Origin: an uncultured bacterium
GTDB lineage: Bacteria; Krumholzibacteriota; Krumholzibacteriia; JACNKJ01
Direction: 5' to 3'
DNA length: 64,000 bases
Assembly (NCBI GenBank): GCA_963695095.1
Contig: CAVOFT010000001.1
Span: 2,624,001 to 2,688,000 of the forward strand
The translations under genes and the position numbers were made by a program. Positions 51,026 through 60,530 of this stretch are shown in pieces. Position 1 is the stretch's first letter. Each line of letters starts with the position of its first letter. The notes under the pieces were generated by a model. The model saw only the letters and a program-made list of their open reading frames with translations. It was not told the origin of the DNA and did not search any database.

Positions 51026-52097
51026 GCCGCCTTCCTCTCCTCGAAGAGCTTGCGGCCGCTGCCGAAGACCCGCGGCCGCGTGGCGCGGTCGATCAGCGGC
51101 GTGGCCGCGTTCATGAGCAGGATGGCGAAGCTGACGCCCTCGGGATAGCCGCCCCAGAGGCGGATCAGCGCGGTGAGCAGGCCGCAGCCGAGCGCCGAAG
51201 ATCAGCATGCCCCGGCGCGTGACGGGGCTGGTGACCATGTCGGTGGCCATGAAGAAGGCGCCGAGCATGAGCCCGCCCGAGAGCAGGTGGAAGAGCGGCG
51301 AGGCGTAGCGCGCGCGGTCCACCAGCCAGGGGATGCCGCGTCACCAGGGCCAGCGCAGCCAGGAAGCCGACCGGGATCTGCCAGCGGATGTGTCCGCGCC
51401 AGAGCAGGTAGAGGCCGCCCAGCAGCAGCGCGAGCACGCTCACCTCGCCGAGGCTGCCGCCGCGCAGGCCGACGAGCAGCTTCCAGGCGGGAGCCAGGGC
51501 CAGCTCGTCGGCAGCGCCTTGCCCAGCGCCAGGCCCTCGCGCAGAACGCCCAGCGGCGTGGCGCCGGTGGCCGCGTCCAGGCGCAGGGGGCCGGCCGGCA
51601 GGGCCCAGGTGGTCATCTGCACCGGGAAGGAGATGAGCAGGCAGCACGCGGGCCACGAGGGCGGGATTGAAGGGATTGTAGCCGAGCCCGCCGTAGATCT
51701 GCTTGGCGATGACGATGGCGACGAAGGCGCCGATGAGCGACCATCCACCAGGGACTCGTCGAGGGCAGGTTCATGGCGAGGAGCACGCCCGTGACCGCCG
51801 CGCTGAGGTCGTGCAGGCGACCGGGCCGGTGGAGGATGCGCAACATCGCCCACTCGAAGAGGAGGCAGCCCCGCACCGCGACCAGGAGCACGCGCAGGGC
51901 GGGCAGGCCGAAGAACCAGAGCCCCACGAGCAGGGCGGGAGTCAGCGCGATGAGCACGTCGCGCATGATGCGCGGAATCTCGCGATCGCCGTGCACGTGC
52001 GGCGAGCTGCTCATCACGAGCAGGGCGGCGGCGGCGCGGCCTTGCTCGGCGTCGCCGGGTCCGCGCCCCGGCCGCTGTCGATCTGCTCGTCGCTCAT
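51022..52097 (-). CDS. rnfD: Rnf complex subunit D (multiple apparent frameshifts)
   Basis: SSSPHVH...[32 protein letters not shown] (FMN site), [20 protein letters not shown] fragments. Confidence 0.88.
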
Positions 52098-52120
52098 CGC
52101 TCTTCGCCCCTCCCCGCGGC

Positions 52121-53443
52121 CTAGGCCGCGCCCCGTTTGCTCTGCTCGGCCTTGAGTTCCGCCTTGCCCCGCCGGAACAGCTGCACCAGCGGTCGGAAGG
52201 ACGGACAGACGTAGGCGCAGCTGCCGCACTCGATGCAATCGCCCACCCGGTAGTCGGCGAGGTCCGCGAAGCGGTTCCGCTCGGCGAGCACGCCCATCGC
52301 GCTGGGCACCAGGCCCATCGGGCAGGCGTCGACGCAGGCGCCGCAGCGGATGCAGGGATCGGCCAGGAACTGGCTCAGGCGCTCGGCGGGCAGGCAGAGG
52401 ATGCCGCTGGTGCCCTTGATCACCGGCACCTCGAGGTTGAACTGGCCCATGCCCATCATCGGCCCGCCGAAGATGACCTTGCGCGATCTGTCGGCTTCAG
52501 GCCGCCGCAGTGGTCGATGACGTCGGCGAGCAGGCGTGCCCACGCGCAGGCGCAGATTCGCCGGGCGGGCGATGCCCTCGCCGGTGACCGTCGTCACCCG
52601 CTCGATGAGCGGCAGACCCGCTTGCACGGCCGCCCAGGCCGCCACCGCCGTGCCGACGTTCTGGACCAGGCAGCCCACGTCCATGGGCAGGCCGCCGGCC
52701 GGCACGCTGCGCCCGGTGAGCGCATAGATGAGGTGCTTCTCCGAGCCCTGCGGATACTTCGCCTCCAGCAGCACGAACTCGGCCGCCACATCCGCCGGAC
52801 AGGCGCCGCGCAGGGCGGCCAGGGCGTCGGGCTTGTTGGCCTCGACGCCGACGACGACGCGCTTCACGCCGAGCACGCGCGCCATCAGGCCGACACCCTC
52901 CATCACGGCCGCGGCCTGCTCGAGCATGACCCGGTGGTCGCTGGTGAGGTAGGGCTCGCACTCGGCGCCGTTGAGGATGAAGGTGTCGATGGGCTTGTCC
53001 GCCGGCGGGCTCAGCTTGACGTGCGTGGGGAAGGTGGCCCCCCCCATGCCGACCAGGCCGCCGTTCTTCAGCGCCTCGCGCAGCGCCGCCGCTTCGAGCC
53101 GGCGCCAGTCGCCCAGGGGCGCGAGGCCTTCCCAGAGGCGATCCTCGCCGTCGGCCTCGATCTCGACGGCGGGCAGGTTGCGCCCCAGAGGATGCGGCCA
53201 GTCCTTCACTGCCTTCACGGTGCCGCTGGTGGGCGCGTGCACGGGCACGGAGACGAATCCCTGCGGCGTCGAGAGCGGCTCGCCCTTGGCGACTTTCTGC
53301 CCCTTGGCCACGATCGGCGTGCCGGGCGCTCCCAGGTGCTGGGCGAGGGGGACGGCATAGCGCACCGCCAGCGGCAGCGTCTCCACGGCCAGGGTGGCCG
53401 TTTCCTTGTGGTAGTCGGGGTGGACCCCGCCCTTGAAGCGCAT
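52121..53443 (-). CDS. rnfC: Rnf complex subunit C
   Basis: FKGGVHP, QHLGAP, VHAPTSG, GMGGATFPTHVKL, NGAECEPYLTSD, KYPQGSEK, GGPMMG, CIRCGACVDACP, CIECGSCAYVCP; short compensated frameshift near 52485-52535. Confidence 0.95.
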   Translation of the reverse strand: MRFKGGVHPDYHKETATLAVETLPLAVRYAVPLAQHLGAPGTPIVAKGQKVAKGEPLSTPQGFVSVPVHAPTSGTVKAVKDWPHPLGRNLPAVEIEADGEDRLWEGLAPLGDWRRLEAAALREALKNGGLVGMGGATFPTHVKLSPPADKPIDTFILNGAECEPYLTSDHRVMLEQAAAVMEGVGLMARVLGVKRVVVGVEANKPDALAALRGACPADVAAEFVLLEAKYPQGSEKHLIYALTGRSVPAGGLPMDVGCLVQNVGTAVAAWAAVQAGLPLIERVTTVTGEGIARPANLRLRVGTPARRRHRPLRRPEADRSRKVIFGGPMMGMGQFNLEVPVIKGTSGILCLPAERLSQFLADPCIRCGACVDACPMGLVPSAMGVLAERNRFADLADYRVGDCIECGSCAYVCPSFRPLVQLFRRGKAELKAEQSKRGAA

Positions 53444-53463
53444 GCCGCCTTCGCTTTCCGGCC

Positions 53464-54264
53464 CTAGTGGCGCGCCGCGCCCAGCTCGATGACACGGATC
53501 GAGCCGTTGGGGCACAGGTCGATGAGGGTTTCGTCCGCGGGAGCCTGCGCGTAGTCGACGCGGGCCAGCCAGTCCGTGACGAGGATGCCGCCGGCGGCCG
53601 CCTTCTCGCACTTCTTGCAGCCGATGCAGGCCACCTGGCAGGCCTTGCGCGCCAAGGGCCCCTTGTCGGTGTTGCTGCAGAGCACGTGGATGCGCGCGCT
53701 CTCGGGCACGAGCTCGATGATGCCCTTCGGGCAGGCCGCCACGCAATGCCCGCAGGCCGTGCAGCGCTCGGGGATGATGCGGGCGATCCCGCTCTCGAGG
53801 ATCTCGATGGCGCCGAAGGAGCAGGCCTCCTGGCAATCGCCGAGGCCGAGGCAGCCCTGCAGGCAGAGCTTGTCGCCGCCGCCGAGCTGGGCGGCGCTGG
53901 CGCAGCTGGCCATGCCGTTGTAGAGAAAGCGCCGCGGCGCGAGGTCGCTGCCGCCCTGGCAGTGCACCAGGGCCACCCGCCGCTCCTTGAGCTCGACGCT
54001 GAGCCCCATCAGGGCGGCCACGGCCTGCGCCGTGGCGGCACCCCCCACCGGACAGCCATCCGGAGGCGCCTTGCCGCCCACCACGGCGCCGGCGAAGTCA
54101 TTGCATCCGGCAAAGCCGCAGCCGCCGCAGTTGGCGCCGGGCAGCAGATCCAGGAGCGCTTCCTGTCGGGGATCGATCTCCACGGCGAAGAAGCGCGCGG
54201 CCCAGCCGAGCCCCAGACCGGAGATGAGCCCGAGGCCGGCGAGCACTGTGGTGGCGATGAGCAT
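53464..54264 (-). CDS. rnfB: Rnf complex subunit B
   Basis: N-terminal TM, LPGANCGGCGFAGC, CPVGG, CLGLGDCQEAC, CTACGHCVAACP, CIGCKKC. Confidence 0.95.
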   Translation of the reverse strand: MLIATTVLAGLGLISGLGLGWAARFFAVEIDPRQEALLDLLPGANCGGCGFAGCNDFAGAVVGGKAPPDGCPVGGAATAQAVAALMGLSVELKERRVALVHCQGGSDLAPRRFLYNGMASCASAAQLGGGDKLCLQGCLGLGDCQEACSFGAIEILESGIARIIPERCTACGHCVAACPKGIIELVPESARIHVLCSNTDKGPLARKACQVACIGCKKCEKAAAGGILVTDWLARVDYAQAPADETLIDLCPNGSIRVIELGAARH

Positions 54265-54284
54265 CGATGCCCTCCTGCGTCGGC

Positions 54285-54875
54285 TCAGACGAGCCCGGCA
54301 AAGCCCATGAATGCCAGCGAGAGGATGCCGGCCGTGATGAGCGCGATGGCGGTGCCCTTGAAGGCCCGCGGGGTGTCGGCCAGATCCAGCACCTCGCGGA
54401 TCCCCGAAAAGAGAAGAATGGCCAGGCCGAAGCCGACGGCGCCGGCGAAGCCGAAGAGGGCGGTCTGGAGCAGGTTGTGCTCGTTCTGGATGTTCAGCAC
54501 CGCGACGCCCAGCACCGCGCAGTTGGTGGTGATCAGCGGCAGGAAGATGCCCAGGGACCGGTAGAGCGGCGGGCTCAGCTTCTGCAGCGCGAGCTCCACC
54601 AGCTGGACCATGGCGGCGATGATGAGGATGAAGGCGAGGATCTGCAGGAAGCGCAGGTCCTGCGGCACCAGGGTGGCGCCCGGCTTCAGCACGCCGTGAT
54701 AGACGAGCCAGCTCACCACGCTGGCCAGGGTCATCACGAAGATGACGGCGCCGGTCATGCCCAGCGCCGTGCCGAGCTTCTTGGAGACGCCCAGGAACGG
54801 GCAGATGCCGAGGAAGCGGCTGAGGACGAAGTTGTTGACCAAGACGGCGCTGATCGCCAGGAGCAGCAGGTCCAC
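54285..54875 (-). CDS. rnfA: Rnf complex subunit A
   Basis: [46 protein letters not shown]. Confidence 0.96.
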   Translation of the reverse strand: MDLLLLAISAVLVNNFVLSRFLGICPFLGVSKKLGTALGMTGAVIFVMTLASVVSWLVYHGVLKPGATLVPQDLRFLQILAFILIIAAMVQLVELALQKLSPPLYRSLGIFLPLITTNCAVLGVAVLNIQNEHNLLQTALFGFAGAVGFGLAILLFSGIREVLDLADTPRAFKGTAIALITAGILSLAFMGFAGLV

Positions 54876-54947
54876 GGCAGCCTCCTCGGGGCCTAACCCC
54901 GCTGATGCGGCATAATTAAGACCAGCGACCCGCCTCGCTCAAGGGAC

Positions 54948-54965
54948 TTGTGAAAAATGGTACAT
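54948..54965. promoter_or_regulatory. Possible Rex-type operator upstream of rnfA
   Basis: TTGTGAA-AAAT-GGTACAT versus TTGTGAA-N4-TTCACAA: one perfect and one degenerate half-site. Confidence 0.35.
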
Positions 54966-55003
54966 GTCGCAAGCTATCGTCGATGGCGGCGGCCGGGGCG
55001 CCT

Positions 55004-55525
55004 TCAGGCCCGGCCGCGGACGCCATCGCCCAGCTCCTGCTCGCGCTCCAGGGCCGGCCGCTTGTACTGCTCGTAGTCGCTGAGCAGCTTGGCCTTGTCG
55101 AAAACCAGCTCCTCGCGGCTGTGGCTGGCCACCTCGTAGAGGTCGCTCATCACGATGGCCTCCTTGGGGCAGGCCTCCTCGCAGTAGCCGCAGTTGATGC
55201 AGCGGCCCATGTCGATGTCGAACTCCTCGGGCACCCGCTCGCGCATCTCCTGATCGCGAAATTCGCCGATCTTGATGGTGATCGCCCGCGGTGGGCAGAC
55301 GACTTCGCAGAGCTTGCAGGCCACGCACTTCTCGATGCCGTCGGCGCCCATCACGAGGCGCGGCATGCCGCGGAAGCCCGGCGGCGTCGGCCAGCGCTGC
55401 TCGGGGTAGGCCTGCACCACCGAGCGGTGGAACATGTTGCGGAAGGTGATGCCCAGCCCCCCCACGATCGCAGGCAGGTAGAGCCGCTCGAACCAGCCTT
55501 GCTTGATCTGGCGCTTAACCTTCAT
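55004..55525 (-). CDS. nuoI: NADH-quinone oxidoreductase subunit I
   Basis: ATG at 55525; YPEQR...FRG, CVACKLCEVVCP, FDIDMGRCINCGYCEEACP. Confidence 0.93.
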   Translation of the reverse strand: MKVKRQIKQGWFERLYLPAIVGGLGITFRNMFHRSVVQAYPEQRWPTPPGFRGMPRLVMGADGIEKCVACKLCEVVCPPRAITIKIGEFRDQEMRERVPEEFDIDMGRCINCGYCEEACPKEAIVMSDLYEVASHSREELVFDKAKLLSDYEQYKRPALEREQELGDGVRGRA

Positions 55526-57359
55526 GCCGACCTGCGACCTCCAGGCTGCTCGCCGCGGCCGCGGCGAGCAGGGGCGCGAACCAATCCGTGTCCAGCGGCC
55601 GGCGCCCGGCCACCGGGGTCCAGCTCTGCAGCCGTCGCGCGAGACCCCAGCTGTTCGTGAGCGTGCCGACCAGGTCGATGGGCGCCCGCCGGGCGAGCAC
55701 CACCGCTGCCGTGGCGCGCGCCGCGGCCAGGCCGCCGCTCTGCACGATGAGGGCGCCGCCGGCCAGGTCCAGGGCTTGCTCCCAGCGGGCGGGATCCGCG
55801 AAATCCGCAGCCGGATCGAGGCCGAAGGCATAGACGAGGTCCGCTTCGCCGCCCTCGAGTAGCCCGAGCGGATCCGGCCCCGGAGCCGTGGCCGCGGCCG
55901 CCAGCAGGCCGCGGCGATTCATCCCCTCGAGCAGCCAGAGCAGGCGGGTTTCGCCCCCGCGCGCCGCCAGCGTCGCCAGGAAGCGTGCGTCGATGGCCCC
56001 GCTGGTCACCAGCCGATTGCTGAGGGCCACCAGCAGTCCGCCGGGCTCGGCGAGGAACTGCGCGCCTTCGCCGGCCAGCCAGGTGGCCGGCGACGCGCTG
56101 ATGCGCTGCCACCGGTGATTGCCTTCGCCGAGCGGAGCCCAGGCGCCTTCCTGGACGAGGGTGACCGCGCCGGCCGTCTCGCCGGCCGCCCCGCCGAGCA
56201 GGCGCAAGGCCAGCAGCGGATGGGCCAGCTCCGGATCCTCCCCCAGCACGAGCACGCGCTGGAAGCGGCCGAGGCCGGCGAGCGTGTCGAGTTCCAGGCC
56301 CGAGCGCGTCAGGGCGGCGAGAAAATCCAGCTCGGCGGCGAGGGCCGGATAGGGGCGGGCCGCGGTGCCCAGGGCCAGCGCGAGGGCGCCCAGGGCCGCC
56401 AGTTCCTCATCGGTGGCGCGACTGCCGACGACCAGCAGCGGCTGCTTCGCGGCGGCAAGCAGCTCCCGCGCCCGCGCGGCGGCCTCCTCGGTATCGACGG
56501 GCACCTGCACGCCCTGCCGGCGCACGAGGCTCTCGGCCAGGCCGGCCTCCAGGGGATAGTCGAAGCGGCCGCGATCGCAGAGCCACCAGGCGTTGACCTC
56601 GTGGTCGACATCCGCCGTCACCCGCTGCAGCGCGGGGCCTTTCCACCAGCTCGTGAGCGAGCAGCCGAGCGAGCAGCCGCCGCAGCTGCTGGCCACGGCG
56701 CGCATTTCCCAGGGTCGCGCCTGGAAGCGGAATTCCCGCGTCGTCAGGGCGCCGACCGGGCAGATGTCGGCGAGGTTGCCGGTGAAGCCGCTGGTCAGCG
56801 GCTGGCCCTCGAAGATGTCCACGCTGACGTGGTCGCCGCGCAGGCGCAGGAAGAGCTCCTCGCGGCCCACGATGTCGCGCTGGTAGCGCACGCAGCGGCT
56901 GCAGAGGATGCAGCGCTCGGCGTCGAAGATGATGTGCTCGCCGATCACGCGGTGCTTGACAGCGGTGTTCTTGGCGTCCGCCATGCGACTGTGGCCGGGT
57001 CCGTGCCGGCGCGTGGTCTCCTGCAGGGGGCACTCGCCGCCCTTGTCGCAGATCGGGCAGTCCAGGGGATGGTTGATGAGGATGAACTCGAGCACGCCCT
57101 GCCGAGCCTTGTGCACCTTCTCCGAGTTCGTCGTGATCTCCATCCCGGCGGCGGCGCTCAGCGTGCAGCCGGGCACGAGCTTGGGCGCGCCTTTCATTTC
57201 CACCAGGCACATGCGGCAATTGCCGTCCACGCCGATGCCGGGGTGATAGCAGAAGTGCGGGATCTCGTCGCCCAGCTCGGTGGAGAGCTCGATGAGCGGC
57301 TTGCCGGCCTCGGTCTCGATCTCGCGGCCGTTGTAGATCATCGTCACCTTGTCGGGCAT
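55515..57359 (-). CDS. nuoG: NADH-quinone oxidoreductase subunit G-like protein
   Basis: HFCYHP...NCRMCLVE, NHPLDCPICDKGGECPLQ, RCILCSRCVR, DICPVGAL, CGGCSLGC...CDRGRF; divergent C-terminal half. Confidence 0.9.
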   Translation of the reverse strand: MPDKVTMIYNGREIETEAGKPLIELSTELGDEIPHFCYHPGIGVDGNCRMCLVEMKGAPKLVPGCTLSAAAGMEITTNSEKVHKARQGVLEFILINHPLDCPICDKGGECPLQETTRRHGPGHSRMADAKNTAVKHRVIGEHIIFDAERCILCSRCVRYQRDIVGREELFLRLRGDHVSVDIFEGQPLTSGFTGNLADICPVGALTTREFRFQARPWEMRAVASSCGGCSLGCSLTSWWKGPALQRVTADVDHEVNAWWLCDRGRFDYPLEAGLAESLVRRQGVQVPVDTEEAAARARELLAAAKQPLLVVGSRATDEELAALGALALALGTAARPYPALAAELDFLAALTRSGLELDTLAGLGRFQRVLVLGEDPELAHPLLALRLLGGAAGETAGAVTLVQEGAWAPLGEGNHRWQRISASPATWLAGEGAQFLAEPGGLLVALSNRLVTSGAIDARFLATLAARGGETRLLWLLEGMNRRGLLAAAATAPGPDPLGLLEGGEADLVYAFGLDPAADFADPARWEQALDLAGGALIVQSGGLAAARATAAVVLARRAPIDLVGTLTNSWGLARRLQSWTPVAGRRPLDTDWFAPLLAAAAASSLEVAGRHEG

Positions 57360-59080
57360 CAGCGGTCACACTCCCCCATGACGGGATCCAGACTGGCGAT
57401 GATGGCCACGGCATCGGCGATCATCGCCCCCTCGAGCATCGTGCGCAGGATCTGCAGGTTGTTGAAGGACGGACTGCGAATCTTGCAGCGATAGGGGTGG
57501 GCACTGCCGTCGCTGACGAGGTAGAAGCCCAGCTCGCCCTTGGGCGCTTCGATCGCCGTGTAGACCTGGCCCAGCGGCGGCCGGATGCCCTCGGAGATGA
57601 GCTTGAAGTGGTGGATCAACTCCTCCATCGAGTCCAGAACCCGCTCCCGGGCGGGCAGCACGTAGTCGCGGTTGTCCGAACTCACCGGGCCGTCCGGCAG
57701 CTCGGCGATGGCCTGGCGCACGATCTTGGCGCTCTGGCGCATCTCCTCGATGCGGACGAGGTAGCGGTCCATGCAGTCGCCGCGCTCGCCGGTCACCGAC
57801 TCGAAGTCGAACAGCTCGTAGTCGAGATAGGGCGCCGCCTTGCGGATGTCGAAATCGACGCCCGCGGCGCGCAGGATGGGACCCGTGAGCCCGTAGCCGA
57901 TCGCCTGCTCGGCGCTGATGATGCCCACGTCCACGTTGCGGTCCAGCCAGATGCGGTTCTTGTTGAGCAGGCCCTCCACCTCGCCGAGGGTCTTCTCGCA
58001 CTCGTCGAGGAAGGCGAGCACCTTGTCCGTCCAGCCGGCGGGCAGGTCGCGGGCCACGCCGCCGATGCGCGTGTAGCTGGTGGTCAGGCGCGTGCCCGTG
58101 AGCTCCTCGAACAGGTTGTAGAGCAGTTCGCGCATCTGGAAGGTGTAGAAGAAGACCGTCCCCGCGCCGAGATCGAGGGCGTAGGTGCCCACCGAGAGCA
58201 GATGGGCGCTGATGCGCGCCAGCTCGGCGGCGATCACCCGGATGCGCTTGGCGCGCACGGGAATGTCCAGGCCGATCAGGTTCTCGACGGCGAGCGCGTA
58301 GGCCACGTTGTTGGACAGCGGGCTCATGTAGTCGAGGCGGTCCGTGTAGGGCAGGTAGTTGTGGTAGGTCTTCTCCTCGGCGATCTTCTCGTAGCCCCGG
58401 TGCAGGTAGCCCACGTGCGGCTGGCAGCGGACGATGATCTCGCCGTCCAGCTCCAGCACCAGGCGCAGGACCCCGTGCGTCGCCGGATGCTGGGGTCCCA
58501 TGTTGAGGATCATCGTGCCGTCGCGGCTGGGCTCCAGGCGGGTCTCGATGCCGGGCATGGGAATCTTGGGCGCATAGTGCTCGCGCGGCGCGTCCTTGAA
58601 GCTCTCGCGATCGACCACCCCACGCTGCATCTTGAGCAGGGCATCGAGCAGGGCATCCGGGCGCGGCGGGCAGCCGGGCAGGTAGACGTCCACCGGGATC
58701 ACCCGGTCCAGCCCCTGCACCACCGAGTAGCTGTCGAACATGCCGCCCGTGCACAGGCAGGTGCCCATGGCGATCACGTACTTGGGCTCGAGCATCTGGT
58801 CGTAGATGCGCCGCACCACGGGGGCCATCTTGTTGGTGAGCGTGCCGGCGACGATCATCAGGTCGCTCTGGCGGGGCGAGAAGCGCATCGCCTCGGCGCC
58901 GAAGCGGGCCATGTCGTAGCGGCTGGCCACGGTGGCCATCATCTCGATCGCGCAGCAGGAGATGCCCATCGGCATCGGCCAGAGCGAGTTCTTGCGCGCC
59001 CAGTTGCTCGCCTTGTCGACCGTCGTCGTGAGGACGTCGACGCCGAAACCCTGGGACTGCGGATCGGGCTTGCTGCTCAT
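57359..59080 (-). CDS. Fused NADH-quinone oxidoreductase subunits B and D (no NuoC domain)
   Basis: ATG at 59080; Nuo[28 protein letters not shown]; ~30-aa linker; Nuo[47 protein letters not shown]. Confidence 0.93.
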   Translation of the reverse strand: MSSKPDPQSQGFGVDVLTTTVDKASNWARKNSLWPMPMGISCCAIEMMATVASRYDMARFGAEAMRFSPRQSDLMIVAGTLTNKMAPVVRRIYDQMLEPKYVIAMGTCLCTGGMFDSYSVVQGLDRVIPVDVYLPGCPPRPDALLDALLKMQRGVVDRESFKDAPREHYAPKIPMPGIETRLEPSRDGTMILNMGPQHPATHGVLRLVLELDGEIIVRCQPHVGYLHRGYEKIAEEKTYHNYLPYTDRLDYMSPLSNNVAYALAVENLIGLDIPVRAKRIRVIAAELARISAHLLSVGTYALDLGAGTVFFYTFQMRELLYNLFEELTGTRLTTSYTRIGGVARDLPAGWTDKVLAFLDECEKTLGEVEGLLNKNRIWLDRNVDVGIISAEQAIGYGLTGPILRAAGVDFDIRKAAPYLDYELFDFESVTGERGDCMDRYLVRIEEMRQSAKIVRQAIAELPDGPVSSDNRDYVLPARERVLDSMEELIHHFKLISEGIRPPLGQVYTAIEAPKGELGFYLVSDGSAHPYRCKIRSPSFNNLQILRTMLEGAMIADAVAIIASLDPVMGECDR

Positions 59081-59130
59081 CCTGCCTCCGCGCGTGGGAA
59101 ACCGTGGGTCTCCAAGATACTCAGCCCGGC

Positions 59131-59159
59131 AGCATAATTCCACGCGGGACTAGCGTCAA
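59131..59159 (-). promoter_or_regulatory. Sigma70-type promoter of the nuoBD-G-I unit
   Basis: TTGACG-17 bp-TATGCT, 50 bp upstream of the ATG. Confidence 0.7.
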
Positions 59160-59174
59160 TCAGACAGGCCGGTC

Positions 59175-60530
59175 TCAATCGGCCTCGGCGTCCGTGGACG
59201 CGCGCGGCAGCGGCCAGGTCAGGGCCAGCAGCGAATCGGGCAGGCTGTAAAGCGTGGGATAGTCCAGGCGGCGCAGGGCCCGGCGACCCTGGCGACCGGG
59301 GCCGATCTCGAAGCCCAGTTCGCTGCCGTCTCTGAAGTGCAGCGTGAAGCGCTGGGCCTCGCTCGCCAGCCCCCAGTCGGCGAGCTGATCGTCGCGCGGC
59401 AGCAAGGCCTCCACGCGTTCGGTGGACAGCCGCAAGAGGCTGCCCAGGAAGGCGGCGACGGCCGGTCCGTCGAGCGCGCCGCCCGCGTCGCTCTTCCAGC
59501 GCCAGTCGTCGCCGGGCTCGCGCAGGGCCCGCTGGCCCGCGGGGCCAGCGATCGTCTCCACCTGGCCGGGCATGAAAACGAGCAGCACCGGCGAGAGGAA
59601 AGCGCTGAAGGACTCGAGCAGAGGAGCGCAGGTCACCGAGTCGAGCAGGAAGGCGTGCTGGCGATCGCGATTGCGGGCGTAGCTGAGCTCGAAATGCGGC
59701 CGGCCCAGCTCGAGCAGTCCGCCCTGTTTGCCGCCCCGCAGCAGGACCGTGAGCCGGGATCTCGGCGCAGCGAAGCCGAGCCCGGTGTCGGCGTCCTCCT
59801 CGACGCCGGCGAAGCCGATGATGCTCTCGCCCCAGAGCCGCTCGATCAACCGGCCCACGGCGAGGTAGTCGGCCGGATAGGCCTCGGGTCGCTGGATCTC
59901 CCAGCCTCGCTCCCCTCGCGCCAGCACGAAGCGCCCGCGCGCGTTTTCGAATTCGAGTCGCTCCACCTCGTCCAGCGGGATGCCGCCCAGCGGCCGCTTG
60001 TCGGCCAGCTCGTAGCGGCCCTTGAGCGCATGCGTGCGCAGCAGGCTGGAGACGAGGGCCAGCGAGTCGCGCCAGCTCACCGCCACCCAGAGCCGTTTCT
60101 CGACAGGATTGAGATCGCCGAAGCGCAGCGTGTCGACGGTGCCGCCCCGCCCCAGGCGCAGGGTCAGGCGCGGGGAGACGAGGCCGAAGGCCGCCAGCTC
60201 CGCCGGCGTCGCCGGCGGCAACCAGCGCTCCACCTTCTGGCCGGCGAGCGTGGCCAGCAGGCGCTCGATCACCACGCTGTCGCCGGCATCCGTCACGGGT
60301 GCCGTGAGCCGCCAGGGCGCCGCCGCGTCCGCGCGCTCCACGCGCAGCGTCTTCTCGGGATAGGCCAGCTCGAACCAGCGCAACTCGTCGACGGCGCGCG
60401 GGTAGAGGTAGCCCGCGGCGAGACGCTGGGCGACGAGGGCCTCGTCGCCGCGATCGCGAAGCAGGACGAGCAGGGCAGCCAGCAGCACGAGGGCCAGCGC
60501 GGCCAGGGTGAGTCGCCACCTGAGGATCAC
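59175..60530 (-). CDS. DUF4340-like membrane-anchored periplasmic protein
   Basis: GTG start overlapping upstream stop; N-terminal TM; three repeats of W(R/E)xxxP...AD...LL..L...GL..P...L..G. Confidence 0.75.
   Translation of the reverse strand: MILRWRLTLAALALVLLAALLVLLRDRGDEALVAQRLAAGYLYPRAVDELRWFELAYPEKTLRVERADAAAPWRLTAPVTDAGDSVVIERLLATLAGQKVERWLPPATPAELAAFGLVSPRLTLRLGRGGTVDTLRFGDLNPVEKRLWVAVSWRDSLALVSSLLRTHALKGRYELADKRPLGGIPLDEVERLEFENARGRFVLARGERGWEIQRPEAYPADYLAVGRLIERLWGESIIGFAGVEEDADTGLGFAAPRSRLTVLLRGGKQGGLLELGRPHFELSYARNRDRQHAFLLDSVTCAPLLESFSAFLSPVLLVFMPGQVETIAGPAGQRALREPGDDWRWKSDAGGALDGPAVAAFLGSLLRLSTERVEALLPRDDQLADWGLASEAQRFTLHFRDGSELGFEIGPGRQGRRALRRLDYPTLYSLPDSLLALTWPLPRASTDAEAD

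Noticed and set aside
49714..52560. Programmed ribosomal frameshifting or phase variation in rnf genes
   Set aside because: Shifts are numerous, lack shared slippery sequences or long repeats, and also occur in unrelated genes; sequencing indels are simpler.
57359..58510. Group 4 [NiFe]-hydrogenase large subunit
   Set aside because: Both Ni-binding CxxC motifs are absent; motifs are those of complex I NuoD.
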